Positions 1 through 7,770 of a stretch of 40,310 nt of DNA are shown here, in pieces. The notes under the pieces were generated by a model. That model was not told the origin of the DNA, searched no databases, and was given only the letters and a program-made list of their open reading frames with translations. Source of the DNA: a virus. Position 1 is the stretch's first letter; each line of letters begins with the position of its first letter. The stretch covers positions 1-40,310 of IMG/VR virus record IMGVR_UViG_3300045988_159991; one strand, given 5' to 3'. Made by a program: the position numbers and the translations under genes.

Positions 1-55
1 CACCAGGCTACTCTTAGGATAGACTAAATGACCATCGATATTAAATCCTTTGACC
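1..55. repeat. 55-bp terminal direct repeat, copy 1 (circular-closure overlap)
   Basis: Bases 1-55 (caccaggctactcttagg...aatcctttgacc) are letter-for-letter identical to 40256-40310. Confidence 0.95.
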
Positions 56-843
56 CCGTTCAAAGTATAAGCTCGATAGCCACCAGCGTCTTGATAAGAT
101 ACACCAGCACTATGCCATAAGCCCTCACTATTCTGGATAAAAGAGTAGGCTGCTACCTGGTTATAATCCATACCGCCTGGCAATGGATAGAAGCTACTCT
201 CTTTCTTATCAAAAGTAGCCACCTTGACCGCCAGTACCAGCTGGCTCTGCACCATAGCGTTCAAGCCTAGCTTATTCGGGTCGGTCTCTTTAGGATTATC
301 GCTGAGGATATGTTTTAAGCCATAGTCATACGTCTCGCCCCAGTCAGTGGTGTCGGGCGTATCAAAATAAGGGTATTCAATATCGTGGCTAATATCTGCT
401 GCAACAAGCAAGGCTCTATCTTTAAGCGTCTGAGCCTTATGCTCGTTATATATGTTTAAGTCGTAAGTGGTAATCTCTTGATATATCCAGCTCTCGTTCC
501 ACCAAAAGCCTCGATATGGCTCGCCAAATGAGGCAGGTTTATCGGTCTCAATCAACATCGGCGGATAGCCTAGATTGTGTAGTAGCCTAGCCTTATACTT
601 GTAGACAGTTCTCATCTCACCGCTACGTATATCATATTCAGTAGTAGCACCGTCCTGTAATACCTGCCAGGGGCTATTCTGGTCAATAGTAGTTATCCAC
701 TGTAAGCAAGGAAAAGATGAGCAGTAGAGTAGGTTGACGTCTGAAGCTGTTCTGGCGTCATATCCTTTCTTAGCAATTTTGATACCGTAATCCTGCCTAG
801 GTCGCATTGTAGACGGCATCGGCTTTGGTTCAAGAGTTGGCAC
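1..843 (-). CDS. Tail-associated virion protein, 5' part of a junction-spanning gene (continues 40255 -> 40199)
   Basis: A minus-strand frame is open from GTG 843 (AGGAG 7 nt upstream; alternative ATG 819). It runs off position 1 and continues in frame after the 55-bp overlap to TGA 40199, about 299 aa in total. The ORF track misses it because it crosses the window edge. Its N-terminal PRxDYG(I/L)K(I/V) motif is shared with the next gene. Confidence 0.8.
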   Translation of the reverse strand, partial: MPTLEPKPMPSTMRPRQDYGIKIAKKGYDARTASDVNLLYCSSFPCLQWITTIDQNSPWQVLQDGATTEYDIRSGEMRTVYKYKARLLHNLGYPPMLIETDKPASFGEPYRGFWWNESWIYQEITTYDLNIYNEHKAQTLKDRALLVAADISHDIEYPYFDTPDTTDWGETYDYGLKHILSDNPKETDPNKLGLNAMVQSQLVLAVKVATFDKKESSFYPLPGGMDYNQVAAYSFIQNSEGLWHSAGVSYQDAGGYRAYTLNGVKGFNIDGHLVYPKSSLV

Positions 844-1103
844 TAGAAAGCTCCTGGTGAGTAACCCATCAGCACTACCACCCTGCCCTTATTGTCTTTG
901 ACCTGATAGAGGCCTTGCACCACCTGAGTGCCTCTAGTGACGCCTGTTCTAGTCTGGCGTGGTGCTATCTGAGTCTGTTGAGCAATATCCAGCTCATTGA
1001 CATTACCAATCTCCTCAAAGGTAGCTTTAAGCTCGGTCGGCTTAGTCTGAGAATAGCTGGTGACTAAATCGTTAGTATTCTGGTTATATACTGGTTCTGC
1101 CAT
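843..1103 (-). CDS. Hypothetical small virion-module protein (86 aa)
   Basis: The ORF lies inside the leftward structural operon. Its ATG overlaps the stop of the upstream gene (TAATG). No motif recognised. Confidence 0.7.
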   Translation of the reverse strand: MAEPVYNQNTNDLVTSYSQTKPTELKATFEEIGNVNELDIAQQTQIAPRQTRTGVTRGTQVVQGLYQVKDNKGRVVVLMGYSPGAF

Positions 1104-3118
1104 TATTTATGCATCTTGCCTTCTTCGGGCAAGCTCCTTATGTTAATCCCGATTGAGGTTATTCTAGCGGGCTTAGTAGCACCGTCGTTTATGCCCTCCA
1201 AGCCAAATTGTAGCACCCTAAATCGCTTGTTCACCTCAAAATACAGTTCTGTATCGCCCGCCTTAGCTTTACCCTCACTAAATACCCAGTTGCCACCGTT
1301 TATCTTGTATTTCAGCCTAATAGTACAGCCCTGTGGTAATGGGTCAAAGGTAGCCACCATTCTAAGTAGCTCCTTAGCTTTCCAAGGGTAACTACCGTCA
1401 TATTCCAAACTCTCGTACTTAAACTTCTTAGCAGGCTTTGATGAGTTATTGACTACAGTTATATACCAGGTATCAGAGTTGTTGACGTTGTCGTGGATAC
1501 GATTAGAGATGTAGAGGTTTTCGCCAAAGTTCCAAATACCACCCACCTCAAAACTATACTTATCTGTATTACAGTTGTCGGGCAGTCCAGGTAAAGCGTA
1601 TGAGTAGTAGTAGCTGTTCGGGTAGTTCTTATCTAATGAGCCATAGCTGTAGACGCCAGCTCTAGTTGTAAGAGTTGTCTTGCCTGGATAAGCTAGCAAC
1701 AATATCCCTTTCCTCACAGTCATAGCGTGGTCATAGACTATTGTCTGATTGTCTACACCTGAAAACTCGCCTAGGTCACTGGTGAGCGTTCGTATCTTAG
1801 CGATAGCTTTTGAGCCAGTGTAAGCATATAAGCCGTTATCTATCACCATGTAGATGATGTTCTGATGAGAATACAAGCTTTGAGGTGCGCCCTCTTCCAA
1901 ATCTACTCTAAAGTTGACGTTGTCGGCGACACAATCCCAAAAGCATAAGCTGCCTTGTTGAAAGTCCCTCGATTGACCCTTGCCAACCCTTTCGCAGCCC
2001 ATCACGATATATTCATCTGAACTGGTCAAGCTGGTTATTTCCATGCCATCTACAGCACTGACGCGGTTAGCTTGCATTACCTCTGGCGTCTCTGCCTCAG
2101 CTCCTGTCGGTAGCCACTGCATCAGATATCGACCATTACCAACCAACAGGGTGCCGTCTTTATACGCCATTATCGGGTGATAGCCACTGCTAGTGATATT
2201 TAGGGCATTAGCATAGTATCTGAAGTGTAGACCGTACATTTTACCGCTCTCGTATGTATCGACCGTCCAATCGTTAGTATCGGCTACTAGGTGGATATGA
2301 TATTCAGTTCCGCCTGTCTTATAAGTCACAATTTCGATCGGTTTAGTGAAGTTAAAGTTGATAGTGCCGTCTGCTTGGATATCGCTAACCGACGCCTTGG
2401 CTCTAGCTATCTCTTTATTGGCATTATTATGTAAAATCAGTGTCATCTCACCTGAGGCTGGATGAGACCTGACCCGTACCGCTATCTTAGCCATCGGTGA
2501 GACATCGGGGATAAAAACACACTTATCATCGTCCTGTTCAGATAATGACGTCTTAACTACTGTTGAGCCTGCGCCGCCACTCTTAAATGACCACCTATCC
2601 ACACCATTGCCAGTTAAATAGCCGGCCGGGCTCCTGACTAATAACTGAGCTACCGTATTAGACGTGCTGTAATTTAAGCTATGAACTACCACTATGCTTT
2701 CAAGATTATCGCCGATAACGTTGTCAAAACTGTACAGCCTGTCGTTAGCCGTGATATACAGTGTATCGTTCATATTCTGATAAGCGATATCAGCTCTACT
2801 GACGCTATCTGTCCAAACGTTAGCCATGACCGTCGCTATATTAGCTCTGTCTACTTTAGTCAGCTTGCCGTGGTCAGTTATCATCCACTTGACGCCATCA
2901 GCTGATTGCGTCATGCCCGTAACTAGACCTAGCTCGGTAGTTTTGCGAATAATATCAGCCTCAGCCAAAACAGTCATAGCACTTGGCTCTAGTCTGGCGT
3001 CTAGACACTCACTGTCTGCGTAAGCGTTCTTGATGCCAACTTTCTTGCCCGAGCCCTGCCCGCCATAAAATGACGTCTGACAGATAACTAAATCTGTATT
3101 GTCGTATCGGCTAGCCAT
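1103..3118 (-). CDS. Large tail protein (671 aa), possibly nozzle / tail-tubular-B-like
   Basis: Long ORF with GGAGG 4-5 nt upstream of the ATG. It is beta-rich and repetitive (YSFDN, LYAYTGS type strands). The functional call is by position after the first gene of the tail operon and by size only. Confidence 0.85.
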   Translation of the reverse strand: MASRYDNTDLVICQTSFYGGQGSGKKVGIKNAYADSECLDARLEPSAMTVLAEADIIRKTTELGLVTGMTQSADGVKWMITDHGKLTKVDRANIATVMANVWTDSVSRADIAYQNMNDTLYITANDRLYSFDNVIGDNLESIVVVHSLNYSTSNTVAQLLVRSPAGYLTGNGVDRWSFKSGGAGSTVVKTSLSEQDDDKCVFIPDVSPMAKIAVRVRSHPASGEMTLILHNNANKEIARAKASVSDIQADGTINFNFTKPIEIVTYKTGGTEYHIHLVADTNDWTVDTYESGKMYGLHFRYYANALNITSSGYHPIMAYKDGTLLVGNGRYLMQWLPTGAEAETPEVMQANRVSAVDGMEITSLTSSDEYIVMGCERVGKGQSRDFQQGSLCFWDCVADNVNFRVDLEEGAPQSLYSHQNIIYMVIDNGLYAYTGSKAIAKIRTLTSDLGEFSGVDNQTIVYDHAMTVRKGILLLAYPGKTTLTTRAGVYSYGSLDKNYPNSYYYSYALPGLPDNCNTDKYSFEVGGIWNFGENLYISNRIHDNVNNSDTWYITVVNNSSKPAKKFKYESLEYDGSYPWKAKELLRMVATFDPLPQGCTIRLKYKINGGNWVFSEGKAKAGDTELYFEVNKRFRVLQFGLEGINDGATKPARITSIGINIRSLPEEGKMHK

Positions 3119-4013
3119 TTAGCCTCCAAGGTGATACTCGTGGGTCATTGACAGGCAGTCTTGGATATGGATTGATAACTCCATCTGACGTCTTCAAGCC
3201 ATATGTTGTTCTGTATCGCTCTACTAGCTCATCGTATAGTTGCTTATAATATCCTGCTGTCTGCAAATCTTTGCGCATCAGATAAAACTGTTGACAAGCA
3301 TAGTAAACGATAGCATCGTGATACTCTTCTGGAATATCGACGCTTTGTCCGATTGTAACAGTAGTATTATCTGAACTGTCACCTTCATAGTAGTTCTGTA
3401 GTAGCAGATGAGTATCGTCAAGTCGTCTATCTATTTTAATCGCTCGTTCATCTGGGAATATCATATAGCAGTTATCAGCCACATCAGATCTGAACTTGTC
3501 GCCACCCACAGCCTCGACAGCATCGCTATTAGCCTCTAGCTTAACCTTAACTGTGTAATCGTCGATATGTAATCTAGTCGCTTTAGCTTCATAAATGACT
3601 TTTAATCCATCAGTGACGTTGACTGCACTTGGTGGCAATAGCTCAATCTGGCGTGGTGTCTTGACAAAATAGTATGTCGGTTGTGAGGCTAAAGTTAGCC
3701 AGTTATGCTTTACAGCTAGATATTCGCTCGTGCTCTTTATCTCAATCAGCTCATTATCTCTAGCTGTCACAGCTGTTATTCTCAAAACGTCATCGCTCAG
3801 TTGATATGACGCCTGTTTAGCAATCAGATCGGTTGTTTTGGTTTTAGTTACAGGATATCGTCTAGCCAGAGAATTGACGAGCTGAGCACCTGAACAGATA
3901 TCTTTAGCTATTTTAACCAACTCATCTGAACTGTCATCTAAACCGCACAGCTGAGCTACTTCTGTTTTCATCTGAGTAAACGTCTTCATGTCTGTATTAT
4001 AACGTATTATCAT
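3111..4013 (-). CDS. Virion protein, first gene of the leftward late operon (adaptor / tail-tubular-A-like by position)
   Basis: 300-aa ORF. The ATG at 4013 lies inside the conserved 36-bp element and has no good SD. The internal ATG at 3989 is preceded by TATAAT-N6 (leaderless candidate), which would give 292 aa. Confidence 0.8.
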   Translation of the reverse strand: MIIRYNTDMKTFTQMKTEVAQLCGLDDSSDELVKIAKDICSGAQLVNSLARRYPVTKTKTTDLIAKQASYQLSDDVLRITAVTARDNELIEIKSTSEYLAVKHNWLTLASQPTYYFVKTPRQIELLPPSAVNVTDGLKVIYEAKATRLHIDDYTVKVKLEANSDAVEAVGGDKFRSDVADNCYMIFPDERAIKIDRRLDDTHLLLQNYYEGDSSDNTTVTIGQSVDIPEEYHDAIVYYACQQFYLMRKDLQTAGYYKQLYDELVERYRTTYGLKTSDGVINPYPRLPVNDPRVSPWRLNG

Positions 4014-4045
4014 GACGTCAACCTGATGATGTTATTACAATGATG
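4010..4045 (-). promoter_or_regulatory. 36-bp conserved late-operon element (inverted copy of 21705-21740)
   Basis: tcatgacgtcaacctgatgatgttattacaatgatg is the exact reverse complement of 21705-21740. It contains the TGACGTCA palindrome. Confidence 0.7.
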
Positions 4046-4061
4046 AATGTGGCTAAAATGC

Positions 4062-4119
4062 TTGACTTTCAATAAGCACTTTGCTATTATAATAGTGTCA
4101 AGTTAATAAGGAGGACAAC
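4062..4119 (+). promoter_or_regulatory. Early promoter-leader cassette P1
   Basis: TTGACT (4062-4067), then N14, TGc, TATTAT (4085-4090), then the conserved leader aatagtgtcaagttaataAGGAGGacaac and the ATG at 4120. It is nearly identical to the cassette at 7882. Confidence 0.8.
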
Positions 4120-4581
4120 ATGACAACTACAGCTATAGTTAAAGATATCGCTTTTCAAGAAGCACACGCCACGAACGTAACAGTTTCGTATTCAGCCGGC
4201 GAGTTTATTTTGCCAAAATGGTTTATCAACAAAAATCTTTCACAGAACCAAGCGTACGCAGTCAGCGTTGAAGGCTGTGGGAAAGCGGTCAAAGAGACAG
4301 AGAAAGCTGTTGATATCGAATTCACTACTGATTACGGAAAAGTCTGGCTTTGGTGTCCAAAGTCAATTCTCAAAACAATCGAAGAAGTTGCAGATGAGTT
4401 GATTGCGAGTGCGAAAAAGTTCAATGATAAGATGAATAAGCGTGCTGAGCTTATCGAGAAAATGAGGGCTTTGGGCGTCAAAGGCATCAGCAATCATCAG
4501 CGAACTGAGACAATTTTTAGCAAAGCTAAAGAGCAGGGTGTCGATGTTTCTGATATTGAAAAGTGGTATTTTGATAAATAA
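4120..4581 (+). CDS. Hypothetical early protein (153 aa)
   Basis: ORF directly behind P1 with a perfect AGGAGG. No motif recognised. Confidence 0.85.
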   Translation: MTTTAIVKDIAFQEAHATNVTVSYSAGEFILPKWFINKNLSQNQAYAVSVEGCGKAVKETEKAVDIEFTTDYGKVWLWCPKSILKTIEEVADELIASAKKFNDKMNKRAELIEKMRALGVKGISNHQRTETIFSKAKEQGVDVSDIEKWYFDK

Positions 4582-4594
4582 GAAAGGACGAATT

Positions 4595-4735
4595 ATGAGA
4601 GCATCAGTTTACAGAAGATTACAAGAACAGAGAATTATAGAATTGTCAAAGCTTGCGGTTTCTGTCGGTTTACTAGTGATTTTAAGCCTAATCTTCATCA
4701 TATCGTTTGGATGTGCACTAGCTAAGTTCAACTAG
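4595..4735 (+). CDS. Small membrane protein (46 aa)
   Basis: The ATG at 4595 follows AAAGGA at 5-nt spacing. There is a C-terminal hydrophobic helix (VGLLVILSLIFIISFGCALA). The ORF-track start at 4538 overlaps the upstream gene and lacks an SD. Confidence 0.6.
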   Translation: MRASVYRRLQEQRIIELSKLAVSVGLLVILSLIFIISFGCALAKFN

Positions 4736-5021
4736 TCTCATCTAGTTCAGACGCCTCTTCTACAGTAGTAGAGGGGGCGTTTTCTTTCGGTATAAAACCG
4801 TAATCTTTAGCACTTTCGGGATAATAATCGATGAAGTCTTGATTTGGCGAGCCATCAGGATTATGAGGCTGAATTAGTTCATGAGCGTGAGCAATCGCCT
4901 CGTTAGTTAGTTGGTTATCTTGACTAATGGCGCTTATGGTTGTATTAGATGAGTTAGATATAGACTGCTTTTCATCACGTGCAATCAGCTTGTTATCTAG
5001 CGTTATTGTCCACCCAGCCAT
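4728..5021 (-). CDS. Hypothetical protein (97 aa), last gene of the chaperonin operon
   Basis: ORF with an AAAAGGGGG SD. It overlaps the upstream gene end by 29 nt. Its acidic C-terminus overlaps the convergent terminator. Confidence 0.6.
   Translation of the reverse strand: MAGWTITLDNKLIARDEKQSISNSSNTTISAISQDNQLTNEAIAHAHELIQPHNPDGSPNQDFIDYYPESAKDYGFIPKENAPSTTVEEASELDETS
4761..4798 (+). terminator. Intrinsic terminator of the P1 unit
   Basis: A 13-bp stem (acgcctcttctac / gtagagggggcgt, two G.U pairs) with a 4-nt loop, followed by tttctttc. Confidence 0.65.
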
Positions 5022-5310
5022 AGCCTGCCCCCTTTTCTATTTCACGTGAATGTTCTGCTCTAATCTGAGCGGGTGTTTTAGTGCCGACTACGCCCGATAC
5101 TTTTCTGAGAGGTAATTGATTAGCGCCCTTGAACGGATCGGTCACTTTGCCCGTGACGCCATAGCCCGGCACTAGAACTCTAATAGCTCTCTCGTTTAAG
5201 TCATCTAATCGTTTGGTGGCATTACGGATATCCATGTCCAGATAGTGAACTTTAACAGCTACTACTATCTGTAGTATGACGATAGCGATGAATGATATGG
5301 CTTCTATCAT
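4993..5310 (-). CDS. Membrane-anchored protein (105 aa)
   Basis: The ATG at 5310 lies 1 nt after the GroEL-like stop (TAAAATG). There is an N-terminal TM helix (IEAISFIAIVILQIVVAV). Confidence 0.7.
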   Translation of the reverse strand: MIEAISFIAIVILQIVVAVKVHYLDMDIRNATKRLDDLNERAIRVLVPGYGVTGKVTDPFKGANQLPLRKVSGVVGTKTPAQIRAEHSREIEKGAGYGWVDNNAR

Positions 5311-5311
5311 T

Positions 5312-6760
5312 TTAATCCAAGTCCTTTTCAAAAGGTAATGCTACTTTAATGCTGAGCAACTGCTTGACCGCACTAGCTGAATTAGCTACTGCTTCTTTAA
5401 TAGCCAAGGCACTATCTAGAACGCCTGCTTCTCTCATATCCTTAATCTCATCAGTTGTTAGATCTAAGCCTTGTTTTGGTGTGGTGCAATCATCAGAGGT
5501 GATCAGGCTGTAGATATCTTTCAGATAATTTAAGCTTTGAGAAGTGAGTGCAATATCCCTGAGTGCTGTGCCTGCGCCGTAAAGTGCGCCATGATTTTTA
5601 GCTGAAAGAACAGCACAGACGCCATCATCTATTCTTAATTTAGCTTCATGTCGTTCAGCTAAAGTATTAGCTCCGACAGAGATTTTAACTGTTTTAGATT
5701 TTAGACGCTTTTGACGGTCTTCAGGTAGCTTTTTAATATAGCTGTCAAGGTCTTGATTTAGCGAGCCATTTAGAACAGTTTCAGTGCTTGTGACTTGAGC
5801 ATTTTCAACCGTGCCTAGATATTCTTCTGAAAATTGTTCAGGCGATAGAGTAAATGGTTTACAGTTAGAATATTTTGCGACGTCTTGCAAGAACTCGTCA
5901 CGATTTTTGAAAGGCGGAGCAATAATCGAGACGTCAAGTTTGCCAGCTAGTTTATTAGAGACGATTGTTTCAAGTGCTTGACCAATGACATCAGCGATGA
6001 GAATTATTCCTTGACCAGGCTTAAGTTTAATCGCCCGCTCGAGGATCGGAATGATATCACTGTCAGTCTTGACAGTTTTGGGCAAAACTATTATGAGAGG
6101 ATTATCGTAATAGCTCTTGAAAGAGGTCAAGTCATTAGCTAAAGCGATAGTTGTTAATCCTTGACTGAAAGCAAAGCCCTCTACAATATCAACGTCAATC
6201 TGAGGCAGTTCTTGTTCAGATACGGTGATAGCACCGCCATCAGAATTAGTAACGGCTAAGTCGACGGCTTGAGCAAATCGCTCATCGCCTGTCGCCGTCA
6301 AGGCAATATTGTAATAATCTTTATCAGTCAGATCAGACGGTTTAATAGTAACTGCGTCAAGTCTCTTTAGAACATCGAAAGTGTCATGATCAATCATGCT
6401 GTTCAATTCACGTGGTGAGATGTCTTTTGAAAGAGGGCGATAGTTGTCGTAAGCAAGTTTAGTCAAGACTACTGTTAAAGTAGTGCCATCGCCAGCTTTC
6501 AGATCTGTTTTGGCACTAGCCTGACGAGCGATTGATATAGCGGCGTTTTCAATTGAATCGGACACTTGTAAACTGGCTATATTAGTAATTCCGTCGTGCG
6601 AGACGGTCGGCTCACCATATCGATTTTCAATTAAGACATTACCTGAATTAGCCCCAAAAGCACAGATAGCTGTATCGTATATCTTAGTCAGACCACTCTT
6701 TATCTTAGACGTCAAGTCGTCGCCTGTTACTACATTTCGCACTAAATTAGTTTTTGGCAT
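5312..6760 (-). CDS. groEL: GroEL-like group I chaperonin (Cpn60 family), 482 aa, lacks the GGM tail
   Basis: Matches GroEL as recalled from memory. KAGDGTTLTVVLT matches AGDGTTTATVLA. VSHDGIT matches ITKDGVS. VDIVEGFAFSQG matches LDVVEGMQFDRG. IILIADVIGQALETIV matches LIIAEDVEGEALATLV. GVLDSALAIKEA matches GILDPTKVTRSA. Confidence 0.85.
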   Translation of the reverse strand: MPKTNLVRNVVTGDDLTSKIKSGLTKIYDTAICAFGANSGNVLIENRYGEPTVSHDGITNIASLQVSDSIENAAISIARQASAKTDLKAGDGTTLTVVLTKLAYDNYRPLSKDISPRELNSMIDHDTFDVLKRLDAVTIKPSDLTDKDYYNIALTATGDERFAQAVDLAVTNSDGGAITVSEQELPQIDVDIVEGFAFSQGLTTIALANDLTSFKSYYDNPLIIVLPKTVKTDSDIIPILERAIKLKPGQGIILIADVIGQALETIVSNKLAGKLDVSIIAPPFKNRDEFLQDVAKYSNCKPFTLSPEQFSEEYLGTVENAQVTSTETVLNGSLNQDLDSYIKKLPEDRQKRLKSKTVKISVGANTLAERHEAKLRIDDGVCAVLSAKNHGALYGAGTALRDIALTSQSLNYLKDIYSLITSDDCTTPKQGLDLTTDEIKDMREAGVLDSALAIKEAVANSASAVKQLLSIKVALPFEKDLD

Positions 6761-6772
6761 CGTACACCTTTC

Positions 6773-7051
6773 TTAATTTAATTTATAGCCCATTATTTTA
6801 TTGTTCTGAATAAAGACGTAACGCTTGTCGTTAATTACGATCGGCTCGCCCGATTGGTGTGGCTGAAAATAAACTGTTGTGCCTTGTGGGCGAGTAATAG
6901 CATCCTTGCCAGAGCTTTTAATGAGAGTACCTTCTGTGATCTGCTCATACTTTTCACGAGAAAGTGTCAAGCCTGCGTCGCTTGTGGACGGCAGTTCCAC
7001 TAAAGTATAGCCAGGCGTCGGTTCTAACAATTTATCCCCCTTTTCAGTCAT
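6773..7051 (-). CDS. groES: GroES-like co-chaperonin (Cpn10 family), about 92 aa
   Basis: It sits immediately upstream of the GroEL-like gene. The pattern is Cpn10-like (LLEPTPGYTLVEL ... TEGTLIKSSG ... TVYFQP ... YVFIQNNKIMGY). The ORF-track TTG start at 7093 lies inside a hairpin, so I use the ATG at 7051, which has a weak SD. Confidence 0.65.
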   Translation of the reverse strand: MTEKGDKLLEPTPGYTLVELPSTSDAGLTLSREKYEQITEGTLIKSSGKDAITRPQGTTVYFQPHQSGEPIVINDKRYVFIQNNKIMGYKLN

Positions 7052-7074
7052 AATTACTACTGTTATTTTACTAA

Positions 7075-7102
7075 AAATGACGCTATATTGCAAGCGTCAT
7101 TT
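7075..7102 (-). terminator. Hairpin (partial terminator/attenuator) between the 168-aa gene and the groES-like gene
   Basis: A perfect 9-bp stem (aaatgacgc / gcgtcattt) with a 10-nt loop. On the minus strand it is followed by tttttag. Confidence 0.5.
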
Positions 7103-7122
7103 AGGTTGATCAGAGTGATCGG

Positions 7123-7629
7123 CTAAGCTATTTTTCCACCACCTTCTCTAATCCAGGTGTAATCGCCGGCTTTAGCTTTGACTTCCATAACGCCAAGAGC
7201 CTCGTTACCGGTTGCGCCCTTTACCACACCATTGAAAACACTGCTGTCAATAGAGACCGGGGTGTTAGCCGCGACATCAAAGTCAAGAGCGTCAGCCAGG
7301 CTGATATAGCCGTTGGTGTTCACGCCCTGAACCAGATACTGCACGTTAGCGATTGTTGCGATCGCATCAGTGAACTTGACCACCTCATCAGCGGTAAAAG
7401 TCGCAGCTATCTTTATGGTCGACATGCCTGCCGAAGCTGCTTCAGCATTGCCGCTCTTGTTACTTTTTTGAGCGATCACCTTGTCGCCAGGAACGACATC
7501 GCCGCCAATTCTACTGTAGCGATAGACTCGACCGTCAGCGGTGCGGGCGAACTTGCCTAGAACCTCCTGCTGCACATCTGACACGGCGTGAATATCACTG
7601 TTATTTAATACATTTCGTACATTTGCCAT
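7123..7629 (-). CDS. Hypothetical Ala/Val/Gly-rich protein (168 aa), possibly a decoration-like structural protein
   Basis: Good SD (AAGGAAGG). The C-terminal ALGVMEVKAKAGDYTWIREGG weakly recalls DUF2190-type capsid decoration proteins. Function is uncertain. Confidence 0.8.
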   Translation of the reverse strand: MANVRNVLNNSDIHAVSDVQQEVLGKFARTADGRVYRYSRIGGDVVPGDKVIAQKSNKSGNAEAASAGMSTIKIAATFTADEVVKFTDAIATIANVQYLVQGVNTNGYISLADALDFDVAANTPVSIDSSVFNGVVKGATGNEALGVMEVKAKAGDYTWIREGGGKIA

Positions 7630-7654
7630 AAACCTTCCTTTCGTTTATAGAATT

Positions 7655-7663
7655 ATTCTAACA
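7655..7663 (-). promoter_or_regulatory. Candidate extended -10 promoter for the leftward chaperonin operon
   Basis: The minus strand reads TGtTAGAAT about 26 nt upstream of the ATG at 7629. There is no good -35. Confidence 0.35.
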
Positions 7664-7770
7664 GAGAAAGTAGCTGATCGGCTGGTCAAGCTGTTTTTAT
7701 ATGGGAGCATTGATTGTAGTTTTGTCAATATAAAAAGCACTAGCAACGAGATATGAAGCTTGAGGACAAC

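Noticed and set aside
1116-3023. Plus-strand ORFs of 65-91 aa (1116..1391, 1980..2180, 2681..2905, 2826..3023) inside the 671-aa tail gene.
   Set aside because: They are antisense shadows of a long, well-supported gene. They have no SD sites and their composition is Ser/Leu/Pro-rich shadow sequence. The same reasoning applies to 9324..9581, 11369..11641, 14165..14446, 14563..14798, 17093..17338, 17391..17693, 22838..23086, 23933..24145, 24268..24513, 25763..25957, 26570..26755, 28867..29073, 33786..34276, 34633..34902, 35426..35710, 38327..38515 and 40052..40282.
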